A stretch of 27,491 bases of DNA from an uncultured Oscillospiraceae bacterium (GCA_964349735.1 CAYGIB010000001.1:1-27491), one strand, 5' to 3'. Shown: positions 1 through 10,287, numbered from the stretch's first letter. The notes: a model not told the origin generated them from the letters alone. A program made the numbers and translations.

Positions 1-5
1 CGGCT

Positions 6-1136
6 ATGCAGACGACAGCCGTCTATGCATGTGTCCGAATCCTTGCAGAAGCAATCGCAGGATTGCCACTTCAAATGTACCGGCAAAATCCTGACGGCAG
101 CAAGGAAAAAGCGATCACCCACCCTCTCTACTATCTACTTCATACAGAACCGAACCCAGAGATGACTTCATTTGTGTTTCGAGAAACACTCATGGGTCAT
201 CTTTTGCTTTGGGGAAATGCCTACGCACAGATCATTCGAGATGGAGCAGGTCGCGTTCTTGCCCTCTACCCTCTCCTTCCGGGAAAGATGACTGTGGATC
301 GAACGGCAAATGGTCAACTCTACTACGAGTACCGTACGGACAATGGATCCGTCATTCTTCATCCAGAAGACGTTCTTCACATTCCGGGACTTGGGTTCGA
401 TGGTCTCATCGGTTACTCCCCCGTCGCGATGGCAAAGAATGCCATTGGCATGGCTATCGCCTGTGAAGAGTATGGCGCATCGTTTTTTGCGAACGGTGCG
501 AATCCCGGCGGCGTTCTAGAGCACCCAGGAGTTGTGAAAGACCCCAAGCGTGTCAGGGAAAGCTGGAATACGGTCTATCAAGGCAGCGGAAACGCACATC
601 GAGTTGCCGTACTTGAAGAGGGCATGAAATTCCAAGCTATTGGAATCCCGCCCGAACAAGCACAGTTTCTCGAGACGCGGAAGTTCCAAATCAATGAGAT
701 CGCGCGCATCTTCCGCGTCCCACCGCACATGGTCGGAGATCTTGAAAAGTCGAGTTTTTCGAACATTGAGCAGCAAAGTCTCGAGTTCGTGAAATACACA
801 CTCGATCCCTGGGTCGTGCGATGGGAACAAGCCATACAGAAAGCCCTGCTGCTTCCGTCCGAGAAAGATGTCTATTTTGCACGATTCAATGTCGACGGTT
901 TGCTTCGTGGAGACTATGCCAGCCGGATGAGCGGATATGCAACCGGAAGACAAAATGGCTGGCTTTCCGCAAACGACATCCGGGAACTTGAGGATATGAA
1001 CCGCATTCCCGATGACGAGGGTGGCGATCTGTACCTAATCAATGGAAACATGACAAAGCTCCGAGACGCGGGTGCCTTTGCCAATTCAAACACAGTCTCA
1101 AACGATCCAAATAAGGAGGAATCAAAACATGCATAG
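6..1136 (+). CDS. Phage portal protein, HK97 family (probably 5'-truncated by window edge)
   Basis: Motifs AVYACVRILAEAIAGLP, LLLWGNAY, VLHIPGLGFDGLIGYSP, VLEEGMKF, FRVPPHMVG, SNIEQQ; frame open to window start. Confidence 0.95.
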   Translation: MQTTAVYACVRILAEAIAGLPLQMYRQNPDGSKEKAITHPLYYLLHTEPNPEMTSFVFRETLMGHLLLWGNAYAQIIRDGAGRVLALYPLLPGKMTVDRTANGQLYYEYRTDNGSVILHPEDVLHIPGLGFDGLIGYSPVAMAKNAIGMAIACEEYGASFFANGANPGGVLEHPGVVKDPKRVRESWNTVYQGSGNAHRVAVLEEGMKFQAIGIPPEQAQFLETRKFQINEIARIFRVPPHMVGDLEKSSFSNIEQQSLEFVKYTLDPWVVRWEQAIQKALLLPSEKDVYFARFNVDGLLRGDYASRMSGYATGRQNGWLSANDIRELEDMNRIPDDEGGDLYLINGNMTKLRDAGAFANSNTVSNDPNKEESKHA

Positions 1137-1848
1137 AAAGTTCTGGAACTGGGTGAAAAACGAGGATGGCTCCCGAACGCTTCATCTAGATGGGGCAATT
1201 GCCGAGGAGTCGTGGTTTGGTGACGAGGTCACACCCAAACAGTTCAGGTCTGAGTTGGTATCTTCGGAGGGAGATATCACCGTTTGGATTAATAGTCCGG
1301 GAGGAGATGTCTTCGCCGCCAGTCAGATTTACAACATGCTCATGGAGTACAAAGGTCGAGTCACGGTGAAGATCGATGGAATTGCAGCCAGTGCTGCATC
1401 GGTCATCGCCATGTCCGGCACGGAGGTTCTCATGTCCCCGGTCAGCATGTTGATGATCCATAACCCCATGACGATTGCCTTTGGCAACACGGCTGAAATG
1501 GAAAAAGCCATCGCTATGCTATCCGAAGTCAAAGAGAGCATCGTGAATGCGTACGAGCTCAAGACGGGTATGTCGCGCGCAAAAATCTCTCACCTGATGG
1601 ATGCGGAGTCTTGGTTCAATGCAAAAAAAGCCGTTGAACTCGGGTTTGCTGACGGCATTCTATTCGAACACGATCCGGAATCGGGTGAAAGTGAATCTTC
1701 AAAGGTCGGACTGATTTTCAGTCGACAGTCCGTCATGAATTCTATCCTGCAGAAGCTTCCACCCAACAAGCCCAAAGAGCAAGAAGAACTGAATAAAGGA
1801 ACCGAAATCAAGTCGCTTGAGAAGCGGCTTTTTTTATTGAAACCGTAG
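1129..1848 (+). CDS. Prohead maturation protease, ClpP (S14) type
   Basis: WINSPGGDVF, IDGIAASAAS (catalytic Ser), MIHNP (His); ATG at 1129 follows AAGGAGG, preferred over the track start at 1072. Confidence 0.92.
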   Translation: MHRKFWNWVKNEDGSRTLHLDGAIAEESWFGDEVTPKQFRSELVSSEGDITVWINSPGGDVFAASQIYNMLMEYKGRVTVKIDGIAASAASVIAMSGTEVLMSPVSMLMIHNPMTIAFGNTAEMEKAIAMLSEVKESIVNAYELKTGMSRAKISHLMDAESWFNAKKAVELGFADGILFEHDPESGESESSKVGLIFSRQSVMNSILQKLPPNKPKEQEELNKGTEIKSLEKRLFLLKP

Positions 1849-1859
1849 GAGGAAAAATC

Positions 1860-3053
1860 ATGAATAAGGCACTGGAACTGCGCGAAAAGCGCGCGAAAGC
1901 ATGGGAAGCCGCTAAGGCTTTTCTTGACACCAAAAGAGGTAACGATGGCATGTTGTCCGCAGAGGACACCACGACCTACGAGAAGATGGAATCGGATGTG
2001 GTTTCGCTCGGAAAGGAAATCGACCGACTCGAGCGTCAGGCTACAATCGATCTGGAACTGACCAAGCCGTTGAACTCCCCCATCACCAACAAGCCCGATG
2101 CCAACCGAGCATCTAAAATCGGTCGTGCCTCTGATGAGTATATGAACGCATTCTGGAAGTCCATGCGCAACAAGAACTCCTTTGAGATTCAGAACGCGCT
2201 CCAGATTGGCACGGACTCCGAGGGCGGGTACCTCGCCCCAGACGAGTTTGAAGCAACGCTCATTGAGGCGCTTCAGGAAGAAAACGTATTCCGTCGTTTG
2301 GCAAAGGTCATCACCACCTCGAGCGGTGACAAGAAGATTCCTGTCGTTGCCTCAAAGGGTTCTGCGAGCTGGGTCGACGAGGAAGGCTTAATTCCGGACA
2401 CGGACGATGCCTTTGGGATGGTCTCGATCGGTGCGTACAAGCTTGCCACGATGATCAAGGTCTCTGAGGAACTTCTGAACGACAGCGTGTTCAATCTGGA
2501 CAGCTACATTGCTACTGAATTTGCGCGTCGCACCGGAACCAAGGAAGAAGAGGCTTTTGTTATCGGAGATGGCACGGGAAAGCCGACAGGTATTCTTGCC
2601 GCAACAGGTGGTGCACAGATCGGCGTTACAGCAGCGAGTGCAACCGCCATCACGCTGGACGAGGTCTTGGATCTTTTCTACAGCTTAAAATCTCCCTATC
2701 GTGGACGTGCGGCGTTCCTGATGAACGACGCCACCGTAAAAGCGATCCGCAAGCTCAAAGACGGAAGTGGCCAGTACCTCTGGCAGCCTTCGATCCAGGC
2801 CGGTACACCCGATACCATTCTGAATCGTCCGGTTCAGACCTCGAGCTTTGTTCCGACGATTGCGTCCGCCGCGAAGACCATCGCCTTCGGTGACTTTGGG
2901 TATTATTGGATTGCCGATCGTCAGGGCAGAACCTTCCAGCGTTTAAACGAGTTGTTTGCGGCAAACGGCCAGGTTGGATTCAAAGCCACTCAGCGTGTCG
3001 ACGGAAAGCTCATCCTGCCTGAAGCCATTAAGGTTTTGCAGCAGAAGACCTGA
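1860..3053 (+). CDS. Major capsid protein, HK97 fold
   Basis: N-terminal coiled-coil delta domain, DSEGGYLAPDEFE, VSEELLNDS, YLWQPS, GDFGYYWIADRQG; RBS AGGAGG. Confidence 0.95.
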   Translation: MNKALELREKRAKAWEAAKAFLDTKRGNDGMLSAEDTTTYEKMESDVVSLGKEIDRLERQATIDLELTKPLNSPITNKPDANRASKIGRASDEYMNAFWKSMRNKNSFEIQNALQIGTDSEGGYLAPDEFEATLIEALQEENVFRRLAKVITTSSGDKKIPVVASKGSASWVDEEGLIPDTDDAFGMVSIGAYKLATMIKVSEELLNDSVFNLDSYIATEFARRTGTKEEEAFVIGDGTGKPTGILAATGGAQIGVTAASATAITLDEVLDLFYSLKSPYRGRAAFLMNDATVKAIRKLKDGSGQYLWQPSIQAGTPDTILNRPVQTSSFVPTIASAAKTIAFGDFGYYWIADRQGRTFQRLNELFAANGQVGFKATQRVDGKLILPEAIKVLQQKT

Positions 3054-3068
3054 TGATGGAGGTGTCGT

Positions 3069-3287
3069 ATGTCTAACGTAAAGAATTACACCGAACAAGG
3101 TGGAGAAAAGACCGTTATTGGCGGCACATTGGAAATCAAGGAAGGAGCCTCGGTAACGGGGCTTTCCTTCCCTGCTGCTGCGAATCAAGCCAACAGCACC
3201 GCAAGCACGATTGCCGGACTGGTGACAGATTTCAACGCCCTCCTTGCCAAACTGAAAGCGGCCGGACTGATGGTCGCTGATGAATAA
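3069..3287 (+). CDS. Small head-associated (head fiber/decoration-like) protein
   Basis: KNYTEQGGEKTVIGGTLEI N-terminus and DFNALLAKLKAAGLM C-terminus; sits between capsid and connector; RBS GGAGG. Confidence 0.65.
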   Translation: MSNVKNYTEQGGEKTVIGGTLEIKEGASVTGLSFPAAANQANSTASTIAGLVTDFNALLAKLKAAGLMVADE

Positions 3288-3328
3288 CCAATGGACTGAC
3301 GATCCATTTATTTGAGGAGGTGGGTGCG

Positions 3329-3604
3329 TTGTTTGTCACACTTGAAAAAACAAAGGAATGGCTACGAGTTGAGTCCAATGACGAGGACGCACTCATTGAA
3401 CGCTTCATCGTGGCGGCGGAGGATATCGTTTGCGGTGTCCTCCGCTTTCCATTAAGCGATTTTGAAGAGGTGCCCGAAGCTGTCGAGCAAGCAATTTGCT
3501 TTGCCGTTTCCGTGATGTTCGAGCAACGTGAAAGCTTGGATATCACTGGCCTTTTGTCCGTCCTACGAGCGATGCTTTTTTCCTATAGAAAGGATGCCTG
3601 GTGA
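3329..3604 (+). CDS. Head-tail connector protein (HK97 gp6/SPP1 gp15-like)
   Basis: VTLEKTKEWLRVESNDEDALIERFIVAAE, and LFSYR at the end; TTG start 8 nt after GAGGAGG. Confidence 0.88.
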   Translation: MFVTLEKTKEWLRVESNDEDALIERFIVAAEDIVCGVLRFPLSDFEEVPEAVEQAICFAVSVMFEQRESLDITGLLSVLRAMLFSYRKDAW

Positions 3605-3605
3605 C

Positions 3606-3926
3606 ATGAAGATAGGAACGTTGCGACATCGGATCCTGATCCAGACAAAAACGATATCCGAAGATTCATTAAAACAGCAGACTGAGTCTTGGACGGATGT
3701 CGATACGGTTTGGGCGCGGATTGAGCCACTTTCCGGGAGAGAGTTCTTCCAGGCCAGACAAGAAATCGCAGAGGTTTCGGTGAAAGTTACGGTGCGGTAC
3801 AGAAAAGACATTGCACCAAGCATGCGCTTGCGATTCGAAGATCGCATTTTTGAGGTGCTATCGGTCATAAATCCCGAGGAGCGTTGTATCTTACTTCTTT
3901 TGATGTGTAAGGAGGTGTACGCATGA
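3606..3926 (+). CDS. Head closure protein (SPP1 gp16-like)
   Basis: MKIGTLRHRILIQ, TVWARIEPLSGREF, TVRYRKDI, FEVLSVIN; ATG at 3606 preferred over track start. Confidence 0.9.
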   Translation: MKIGTLRHRILIQTKTISEDSLKQQTESWTDVDTVWARIEPLSGREFFQARQEIAEVSVKVTVRYRKDIAPSMRLRFEDRIFEVLSVINPEERCILLLLMCKEVYA

Positions 3927-4309
3927 CAAGAATCGACGGCTTAGCTGATGCCATAACAAATGCCATGCTTGCCTACACCGAGGAAGTCGAAGATGCCATT
4001 CCCAGAATCGTCGACCGCACCGCAGAAGCTTTAGTTAACGAAATCCGATCCACGGCTCCAAGGCGGAACAATGGCGGCGCGTACGCACGAGGCTGGACCG
4101 CAAGAAAACTCGGATCCAGAACCCGATCCAAGGAAGGCTATGCGAAAATCATCTGCAATCCGAATCACTACTCCCTCGCCCACCTTTTGGAACACGGTCA
4201 TGCCAAACGAAATGGAGGAAGAGTCGAAGGAAAACCTCACCTTCGTCCCGCTTGTGACAAGCTGGTTCCCGCTTTTGAAAAGAGCATTGAGGAGGCGATC
4301 AAGGGATGA
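3923..4309 (+). CDS. HK97 gp10-like tail completion/neck protein
   Basis: YARGW, YSLAHLLEHGHAKRNGGRVEGKPHLRPA; ATGA overlap with upstream gene. Confidence 0.88.
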   Translation: MTRIDGLADAITNAMLAYTEEVEDAIPRIVDRTAEALVNEIRSTAPRRNNGGAYARGWTARKLGSRTRSKEGYAKIICNPNHYSLAHLLEHGHAKRNGGRVEGKPHLRPACDKLVPAFEKSIEEAIKG

Positions 4310-4623
4310 GTGTATATCTTGCCGTGATTCTCGAAGAAATGGGCATACCGATTGCTCGAAATGCCTTTCTTCAGCCCCAGTCTCCGCCCTACATCGTCTA
4401 CGTTTTCTCCCATTCCACGAATTATGTAGCGGATTCAAGGGTTTATCTCAAGCGAGGGAACTACCAAATCGAACTGTATACAGAAAAGAAAGATCCGGCT
4501 CTCGAGGCAAAACTCGAGGGCCTTTTTGATGCACACGGTCTTGTATACGACAAGACGGAATCCTACCTCGACAGCGAGAAATTGCTCGAGGTCATTTATG
4601 AAATCCAGCTTATAGGAGGATAA
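4306..4623 (+). CDS. Tail terminator/completion protein
   Basis: PPYIVY, YQIELYTEKKDPALEAKLE, YLDSEKLLEVIYE; position just before major tail gene. Confidence 0.75.
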   Translation: MSVYLAVILEEMGIPIARNAFLQPQSPPYIVYVFSHSTNYVADSRVYLKRGNYQIELYTEKKDPALEAKLEGLFDAHGLVYDKTESYLDSEKLLEVIYEIQLIGG

Positions 4624-4627
4624 GAAT

Positions 4628-5188
4628 ATGCCGGATAACAAAGTCAAGTTCGGACTGCAGAACGCCCACTTCGCAAAAGTGACGGAGAGCGGGTATGCCT
4701 TGCCGACGCCCTTTCCTGGGCAGGTGTCTCTGACACTAAAACCGAAAGGTGAACGAGCCGAGTTTTACGCGGACGATATTGCCTACTTTTCCAAGGACGC
4801 AAACATGGGCTATGAGGGCGAGATGACCGTTGCCGATATTCCCGTTTCGTTCCTGAAAGACTGTCTTGGCTTCACCCAAGACAACAACGGTGCCATTTTC
4901 GAGCAGGCAGATGCCAAACAGATGCCCTTTGCTCTTCTTTTCGAGGTGCAGGGTGATCAGCAACCGAGACGATTTGTGTTCTATGAATGCATGGCTTCTC
5001 GCCCAAATGTTGATGCAAACACCGTAAAAGGCGCGATTGAACCGACCACGGACACACTTTCCTTTGTGGTTACACCCAGGAAAGTTGACGGCATGGTGAA
5101 GGCTGTTCTTGTCAAAAACGAGACGAATGCGACAGCGTTCAATAGCTTCTATACCTCGGTCTATGAGTTTGTAGCACCCACACCATAA
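4628..5188 (+). CDS. Major tail (tube) protein, phi13 family-like
   Basis: NKVKFGLQNAHFA, FYADDIAYF, GYEGEMTVA, FALLFEVQGD, RRFVFYEC..SRP. Confidence 0.92.
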   Translation: MPDNKVKFGLQNAHFAKVTESGYALPTPFPGQVSLTLKPKGERAEFYADDIAYFSKDANMGYEGEMTVADIPVSFLKDCLGFTQDNNGAIFEQADAKQMPFALLFEVQGDQQPRRFVFYECMASRPNVDANTVKGAIEPTTDTLSFVVTPRKVDGMVKAVLVKNETNATAFNSFYTSVYEFVAPTP

Positions 5189-5202
5189 GGAGGAAGTAAC
5201 GC

Positions 5203-5619
5203 ATGCAACGAACCGTACGTGTTAACGGGCAGGATCTGCCTCTGAAGCCTTCTGCCAATTTCATGTTCTATTACCGCAACGCCCGTCTATCCGGCGAGGA
5301 AAAGCCCGACTTCCAATCGGATCTCAAGAAACTCGCTGAGATGGAAAAGCTCAAAGGTACGTTGTCTGGACTGGATCCAACAAACGTATTCGAGGTGTTG
5401 GAACAAACGAAACTCTTTGAGTTCAGCCTGATTATCCGTCGCATGCTTTGGACGTTTGCCTATACCGCGAACAAGAATCTCTTACCGTTCGAGGAGTGGT
5501 GTGACGAGCTTTCCGAGTACGACACAACGGAAGCGTCAAGGACGGTAATGGCGCTGGTGAATGAGAATTTTTTTCTTATGCTGGGTGTTCAAAAGCCAAA
5601 GGGACCTCAGAGCGTGTAG
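5203..5619 (+). CDS. Tail assembly chaperone (gpG-like)
   Basis: Lies between major tail and tape measure genes; contains slippery run near 3' end. Confidence 0.8.
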   Translation: MQRTVRVNGQDLPLKPSANFMFYYRNARLSGEEKPDFQSDLKKLAEMEKLKGTLSGLDPTNVFEVLEQTKLFEFSLIIRRMLWTFAYTANKNLLPFEEWCDELSEYDTTEASRTVMALVNENFFLMLGVQKPKGPQSV

Positions 5620-5783
5620 ATTGGCACGACGCATTGTATTTAGGCAAGTCGGTGGGGCTCTCATTCCAGGAACTGGATGAGATGACCTTTTCCGACTTGC
5701 TTTCTTATGTGTCGTTTTTAACCGAAGCCAAGAGTAAATCACGGTCAGCAACCCAAGATGACATCGACCTATTAGCGCTATAG
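5203..5783 (+). CDS. Tail assembly chaperone fusion (gpGT-like) made by -1 programmed frameshift
   Basis: -1 frame from 5574 is open to TAG at 5781-5783 and reads ...GLSFQELDEMTFSDLLSY...RSATQDDIDLLAL, a typical gpT-like tail; no start codon with RBS of its own. Confidence 0.85.
5568..5574 (+). promoter_or_regulatory. -1 ribosomal frameshift slippery heptamer T TTT TTT
   Basis: AAT TTT TTT CTT in gpG frame fits the X XXY YYZ pattern in the correct register. Confidence 0.85.
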
Positions 5784-5798
5784 AAAGGAGGGATCGAC

Positions 5799-8420
5799 TT
5801 GGCTTCCAATATTAAAGGCATCACCATCGAGATAGGTGCCAATACAACAGGACTTGGAAAGGCACTCGAGGATGTAAATAAGAAATCGCGCTCCTTGCAA
5901 GGCGAACTGAAACAAGTCGACGCCCTCCTAAAACTTAACCCGGGGAACGCAGATCTCGTTGCACAAAAGCAAGATCTCCTGGCTCGATCGGTCGCGAATG
6001 CCAAGGAGAAACTTGACACCCTTCGCACGGCACAGGCACAGGTCGAACAGCAGTTTTCCAGCGGAACGATATCCGATGAGCAGTACCGTGCCTTCACTCG
6101 CGAGGTAGCGAAAGCGGAGGGCGAAATCACCAAGTTTGATCAGGAGCTCCGCCAGTTAAGTACAACAGCGGAACAAGCAGATGATAAGGTCTTGGATGTC
6201 GGTGATAAAGCAAATCAAGCCGGTCAGGAAATGAATCGTGCGGCAGAAAAGACCGGAAACCTCTCCGGTGCTCTATCAGGGATCGCAGGAGGTATTGGGA
6301 AAGCAGCGGCTGTGAGCATTGCCGCCATCGGAACCGCTGCTGTCGCGGCGGGCGCGGCTGTTATAAAGATGACACTTGACGCGGGGCAAGCAGCGGATGA
6401 GCTGATTACCCTTTCAAACAAGACCGGAATCAGCACGAAAACCCTGCAAGAAATGGAGTATGCTGCCCGCTTTGTCGATGTTCCACTGGAAACCATGACG
6501 GACTCCATGTTCAAACTCACAAAGAGCATGGACTCTGCCCGAGAAGGTACCGGAGCCCAGGCCGAGGCGTTTAGTCAGCTTGGCATATCGACCACCAATG
6601 CGGACGGAAGCTTAAAGGACAGTAAACAAGTATGGCTCGAAACCATTGATGCGCTCGGTCAAGTCACTAACGAGACGGAACGCGATGCCCTGGCCATGCA
6701 ACTGTTCGGAAAGAATGCCAAGGAGTTAAACCCTCTCATTGCAGCGGGTTCGGATGAATTAGAGCGTCTCGCAACCGAAGCCAATGAAATGGGGGTCGTA
6801 CTAAGCGACGAAAGTGTCGCTGCGCTGGGTGCTTTTGACGATCAAATGCAACGACTCCAAGCAACCGGTACTGCATTAACACAGACCTTGGGAGCCGCAG
6901 TCGCGCCTGCACTGGGACTTGTGACCGACAACTTAACGGAGGTTGCGGCTTCCGTTACAGAGGCTTTGCAGACAGGTGACTGGAGTCAGGTGGGAGATTC
7001 CATCTCCTCTATGATTACGGATATCGGCGGTATGCTTGAAAGCGCACTCCCGGACATAGCGGAACAGGCCTCCAGTATTCTAGGCTCCCTTGCGGAGGCA
7101 ATCCTTGAAAGTCTCCCCACCGTCCTTCCGGTTCTGCTTACGGCAATTCTTGAATTATTCCAAACCATAGTCGAATCCATCGCAAGTAACGCGCCCGCCT
7201 TGGCACAGATGATCGTGCAAATGCTCACACAAATGGTGACAACGCTCATTCAGATGTTGCCAACCATCGTATCCGCCGGTATCCAGATCCTGGTTGCTTT
7301 GATTCAAGGCATCGCACAGAGCATTCCGCAACTGATCCCGGCCATCGTTACCGCTGTAACACAGATTCTGCAGACGCTCATTGAGAACTTGCCGCTCATT
7401 ATTGAAGCCGGACTTCAGCTTCTACTCGCATTGGTTCAGGGCATCGTGGATAATATCCCAACACTCATCACCACGATTATCGAGATGATCCCGCTTCTGG
7501 TAGAAGCCGTCATGGAAAGTCTCCCCCTCATTATCGATGCCGGTGTCGAGATTCTCCTTGCCGTTGTAAACGGCATTGTGGATTCGTTACCCACACTTAT
7601 TCAAACCATCGTCGACATGATTCCGATGATCGTTACCGCCATCGTTGAAAATCTACCGAAGATCATCGAATCCGGTATCCAGGTGATTATCTCTCTGGTC
7701 CTTGGAATTATCGATGCGATTCCGCAGTTGATCACCTGCATCATTGAGATGATCCCGCAAATTGTGCAGGCCATTGTAGACAACCTTCCGAAGATTGTCG
7801 ATGCCGGTATTGAGATCATCAAGTCCGTTGTCGAAGGTATCTTTGATGCGATTCCGGATTTGCTTCAGGGCATTATCGATATGATTCCTCAGATCGTACA
7901 AGCCATAGCAGACAACCTGCCCTTGATCGTCGATGCCGGTATCGATTTGGTCAGCAGCTTGATCGAGGGCATTGGCGAAGCCGCAGAGGATCTTCTTACT
8001 TCGGCTGTGGAGCTTGCCGGGAATTTCATCGACGGGATCTGGCAAGGTATAAAGGATGCTGCGGACTGGTTATGGCAAAACATCTCCGACTTCTTCTCCG
8101 GGATCGTCGACGGTGTAAAAGATTTACTTGGCATCGCATCACCATCGCGTGTGTTTGCGGGCATTGGTAAGAACATGGGTCTTGGTCTTGCTGACGGTAT
8201 TACAGGAAGCGTATCGCTCGTTGATCGCGCCATGGATGGTCTAAATGCGGCTGTCGATGGCGCAAAAATGGATGTGGCGATCGGAGGACAGATGTCCGGC
8301 GGGGTTACCGTTCCTTCGGGGAACAAGGTAACACTAAATATCCAGACTTCTTCCCTCGATGAAGGACAGATCAATATGCTGGTCAATGTCGTGAATCGTC
8401 GATTGGGTATGGCGTACTAG
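5799..8420 (+). CDS. Tail tape measure protein
   Basis: ASNIKGITIEIG N-terminus, coiled-coil region, 11/44-aa amphipathic repeats, SPSRVF near C-terminus; TTG start after AAAGGAGG. Confidence 0.95.
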   Translation: MASNIKGITIEIGANTTGLGKALEDVNKKSRSLQGELKQVDALLKLNPGNADLVAQKQDLLARSVANAKEKLDTLRTAQAQVEQQFSSGTISDEQYRAFTREVAKAEGEITKFDQELRQLSTTAEQADDKVLDVGDKANQAGQEMNRAAEKTGNLSGALSGIAGGIGKAAAVSIAAIGTAAVAAGAAVIKMTLDAGQAADELITLSNKTGISTKTLQEMEYAARFVDVPLETMTDSMFKLTKSMDSAREGTGAQAEAFSQLGISTTNADGSLKDSKQVWLETIDALGQVTNETERDALAMQLFGKNAKELNPLIAAGSDELERLATEANEMGVVLSDESVAALGAFDDQMQRLQATGTALTQTLGAAVAPALGLVTDNLTEVAASVTEALQTGDWSQVGDSISSMITDIGGMLESALPDIAEQASSILGSLAEAILESLPTVLPVLLTAILELFQTIVESIASNAPALAQMIVQMLTQMVTTLIQMLPTIVSAGIQILVALIQGIAQSIPQLIPAIVTAVTQILQTLIENLPLIIEAGLQLLLALVQGIVDNIPTLITTIIEMIPLLVEAVMESLPLIIDAGVEILLAVVNGIVDSLPTLIQTIVDMIPMIVTAIVENLPKIIESGIQVIISLVLGIIDAIPQLITCIIEMIPQIVQAIVDNLPKIVDAGIEIIKSVVEGIFDAIPDLLQGIIDMIPQIVQAIADNLPLIVDAGIDLVSSLIEGIGEAAEDLLTSAVELAGNFIDGIWQGIKDAADWLWQNISDFFSGIVDGVKDLLGIASPSRVFAGIGKNMGLGLADGITGSVSLVDRAMDGLNAAVDGAKMDVAIGGQMSGGVTVPSGNKVTLNIQTSSLDEGQINMLVNVVNRRLGMAY

Positions 8421-8433
8421 GAGGAATTTCAAA

Positions 8434-9288
8434 ATGCATCGTAAGTTCTATTTGGAAAACAACCAACAGCAACGCTACAACCTGCAAGATCTGAAGAGTG
8501 GAGCACTTCTCGTTTCCCCTTCGGGTCTGGGTCTTTCCATGACACGAAGCTATGCGATCGCCGGGGACTCTGTTCGTTGTATCAGCGAGGAGTTCCCGGC
8601 CCGATCTTTTACTGCCGTGATTGTTTTAGATGGAACTCGTGCATATGACGGATACCGCGAACTTGCAGATTTCATCATACGATCGTCGAACATGAAATTA
8701 GTATATGCTCCTCGATTCGAGAGCACGTTCGGCGAATACCTCGCAGACGTCGAAGTAGAAAGCTTTACAAAAACCGAGGTGAAAGGCGGGCGGCTTGAGT
8801 GCGATATTGCTCTCACATTAAAGGGGGCTTGGTATAAACGGGATAGCCTACGTGTCGCTGCAGGAACTGCCGGATCAAGTCTCCAATATGAGCGCATGTA
8901 CGACTACTCCTATAGCGATGAGACCATGGATGCCATTGATGTGATTAACGACGGACATTTTGATGCACCCATTCTTCTGGAGGCCGAAGGCGAGCTCGTG
9001 AACCCCAAACTGTCGCTCTATGTCCACGGACTTCTCCAAGCGGAACTCGTTGTAACGGCAGTTATAGAACTCGGAGAAACGCTAGTGTTTTGCTCAAAAG
9101 ATGACCAACTCACGCTGGTTCGAAAGCATGCCGATGGCAACGAACAAAGCTTGATGGACTGCATTTCAATCGAAAACGATAACTTCTTCAAACTGCCCAA
9201 AGGTCTATCCAAGCTGATCCTCAGTGCAGACAACGAGATCGCCTCTCGAATTTTCGTTACGGTCTTCATGGCCTATAAGGTGGTGTGA
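8434..9288 (+). CDS. Distal tail (Dit)-like protein
   Basis: Directly after tape measure gene; MHRKFYLENN, PSGLGLS, NDGHFDAP, FFKLPKGLS. Confidence 0.75.
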   Translation: MHRKFYLENNQQQRYNLQDLKSGALLVSPSGLGLSMTRSYAIAGDSVRCISEEFPARSFTAVIVLDGTRAYDGYRELADFIIRSSNMKLVYAPRFESTFGEYLADVEVESFTKTEVKGGRLECDIALTLKGAWYKRDSLRVAAGTAGSSLQYERMYDYSYSDETMDAIDVINDGHFDAPILLEAEGELVNPKLSLYVHGLLQAELVVTAVIELGETLVFCSKDDQLTLVRKHADGNEQSLMDCISIENDNFFKLPKGLSKLILSADNEIASRIFVTVFMAYKVV

Positions 9289-10287
9289 GTGATGCAGGCA
9301 TACATTGTTTCCAAAACGGATTTGAAAGTCAAAGACTTTAGTACATTGACCAGTTACGAGATCAACGAGGACTCGGCAACAGATGCTCCGAGCGGATTTG
9401 GGTTCGCCCAGGCTCCTCTTGCCGTGATTGGTGACTTTATCTTGTTGCAGAACCAGTACTTGGGCGTCATATCCGGCATCGAAACTGACAAGAAATTGAG
9501 TTCTGTCATCTTGCGATCGCTGCCAATACAAAGCCTTTTCTCAAGAAACATCTTGCTGGGAAGTCCAAATGCAATCACAGAAGCCTATGTTGCAACGGCC
9601 ATTCAAGACAATTTCGTAAGCTCCGGTGATGTATTATCGGATATTCCTTATCTTTCTGTCGCTGCAAATACGCAGACATCCCTTGGCATCACCCCGCATA
9701 ACGAGAACGGAATCTATAACCTGAATACATTCCTACGGTATGTTGCGATCCGGCATCAAATCTTTTCGGATTTTCATCTGACCCCCAATAGCTTGAACGT
9801 GACCTTAGAATGCCGCACCCCACCCATCCGAGTTATTGATGCAACGGTTGCGGATGTTCTTTCATTAAGCGAAACCGTCGTATCCGAATGCGTCTCCAAA
9901 GTCACGGTGAAAACAGCAAGTAGTGCCGTTACCTATTATCTTTTCGATAACGGTACTTTTGGCACCGATCCAAATGCAGGGACAAGACTTACCGGCAAGG
10001 TGGACACGGTATACTGCGAGAACCCAAGTGATGTCATACAAACCGCATCTGACATCTTCTCGAAAAATCAATTCAGTCATCTGATCGAGATGGAGATTGC
10101 AAGCGGATCCAAACTCTATGAAACAACGAACATGAAGCTCTTCGATCGGGCTTTGATCCGAACCAAAAGCGGAGTATATAACTCCTATATCAGCTTCAAA
10201 GGCTTACGTAGCACCAGTAAATCGGTGCTTTTCAAATTCGGGGATGCGCGTCTTGCGTTAACCGACAAATTAAAAGGAGGAATCTAG
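9289..10287 (+). CDS. Tail hub/Tal-like baseplate protein
   Basis: Position after Dit; C-terminal FKFGDARLALTDKLK resembles siphovirus hub proteins. Confidence 0.6.
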   Translation: MMQAYIVSKTDLKVKDFSTLTSYEINEDSATDAPSGFGFAQAPLAVIGDFILLQNQYLGVISGIETDKKLSSVILRSLPIQSLFSRNILLGSPNAITEAYVATAIQDNFVSSGDVLSDIPYLSVAANTQTSLGITPHNENGIYNLNTFLRYVAIRHQIFSDFHLTPNSLNVTLECRTPPIRVIDATVADVLSLSETVVSECVSKVTVKTASSAVTYYLFDNGTFGTDPNAGTRLTGKVDTVYCENPSDVIQTASDIFSKNQFSHLIEMEIASGSKLYETTNMKLFDRALIRTKSGVYNSYISFKGLRSTSKSVLFKFGDARLALTDKLKGGI

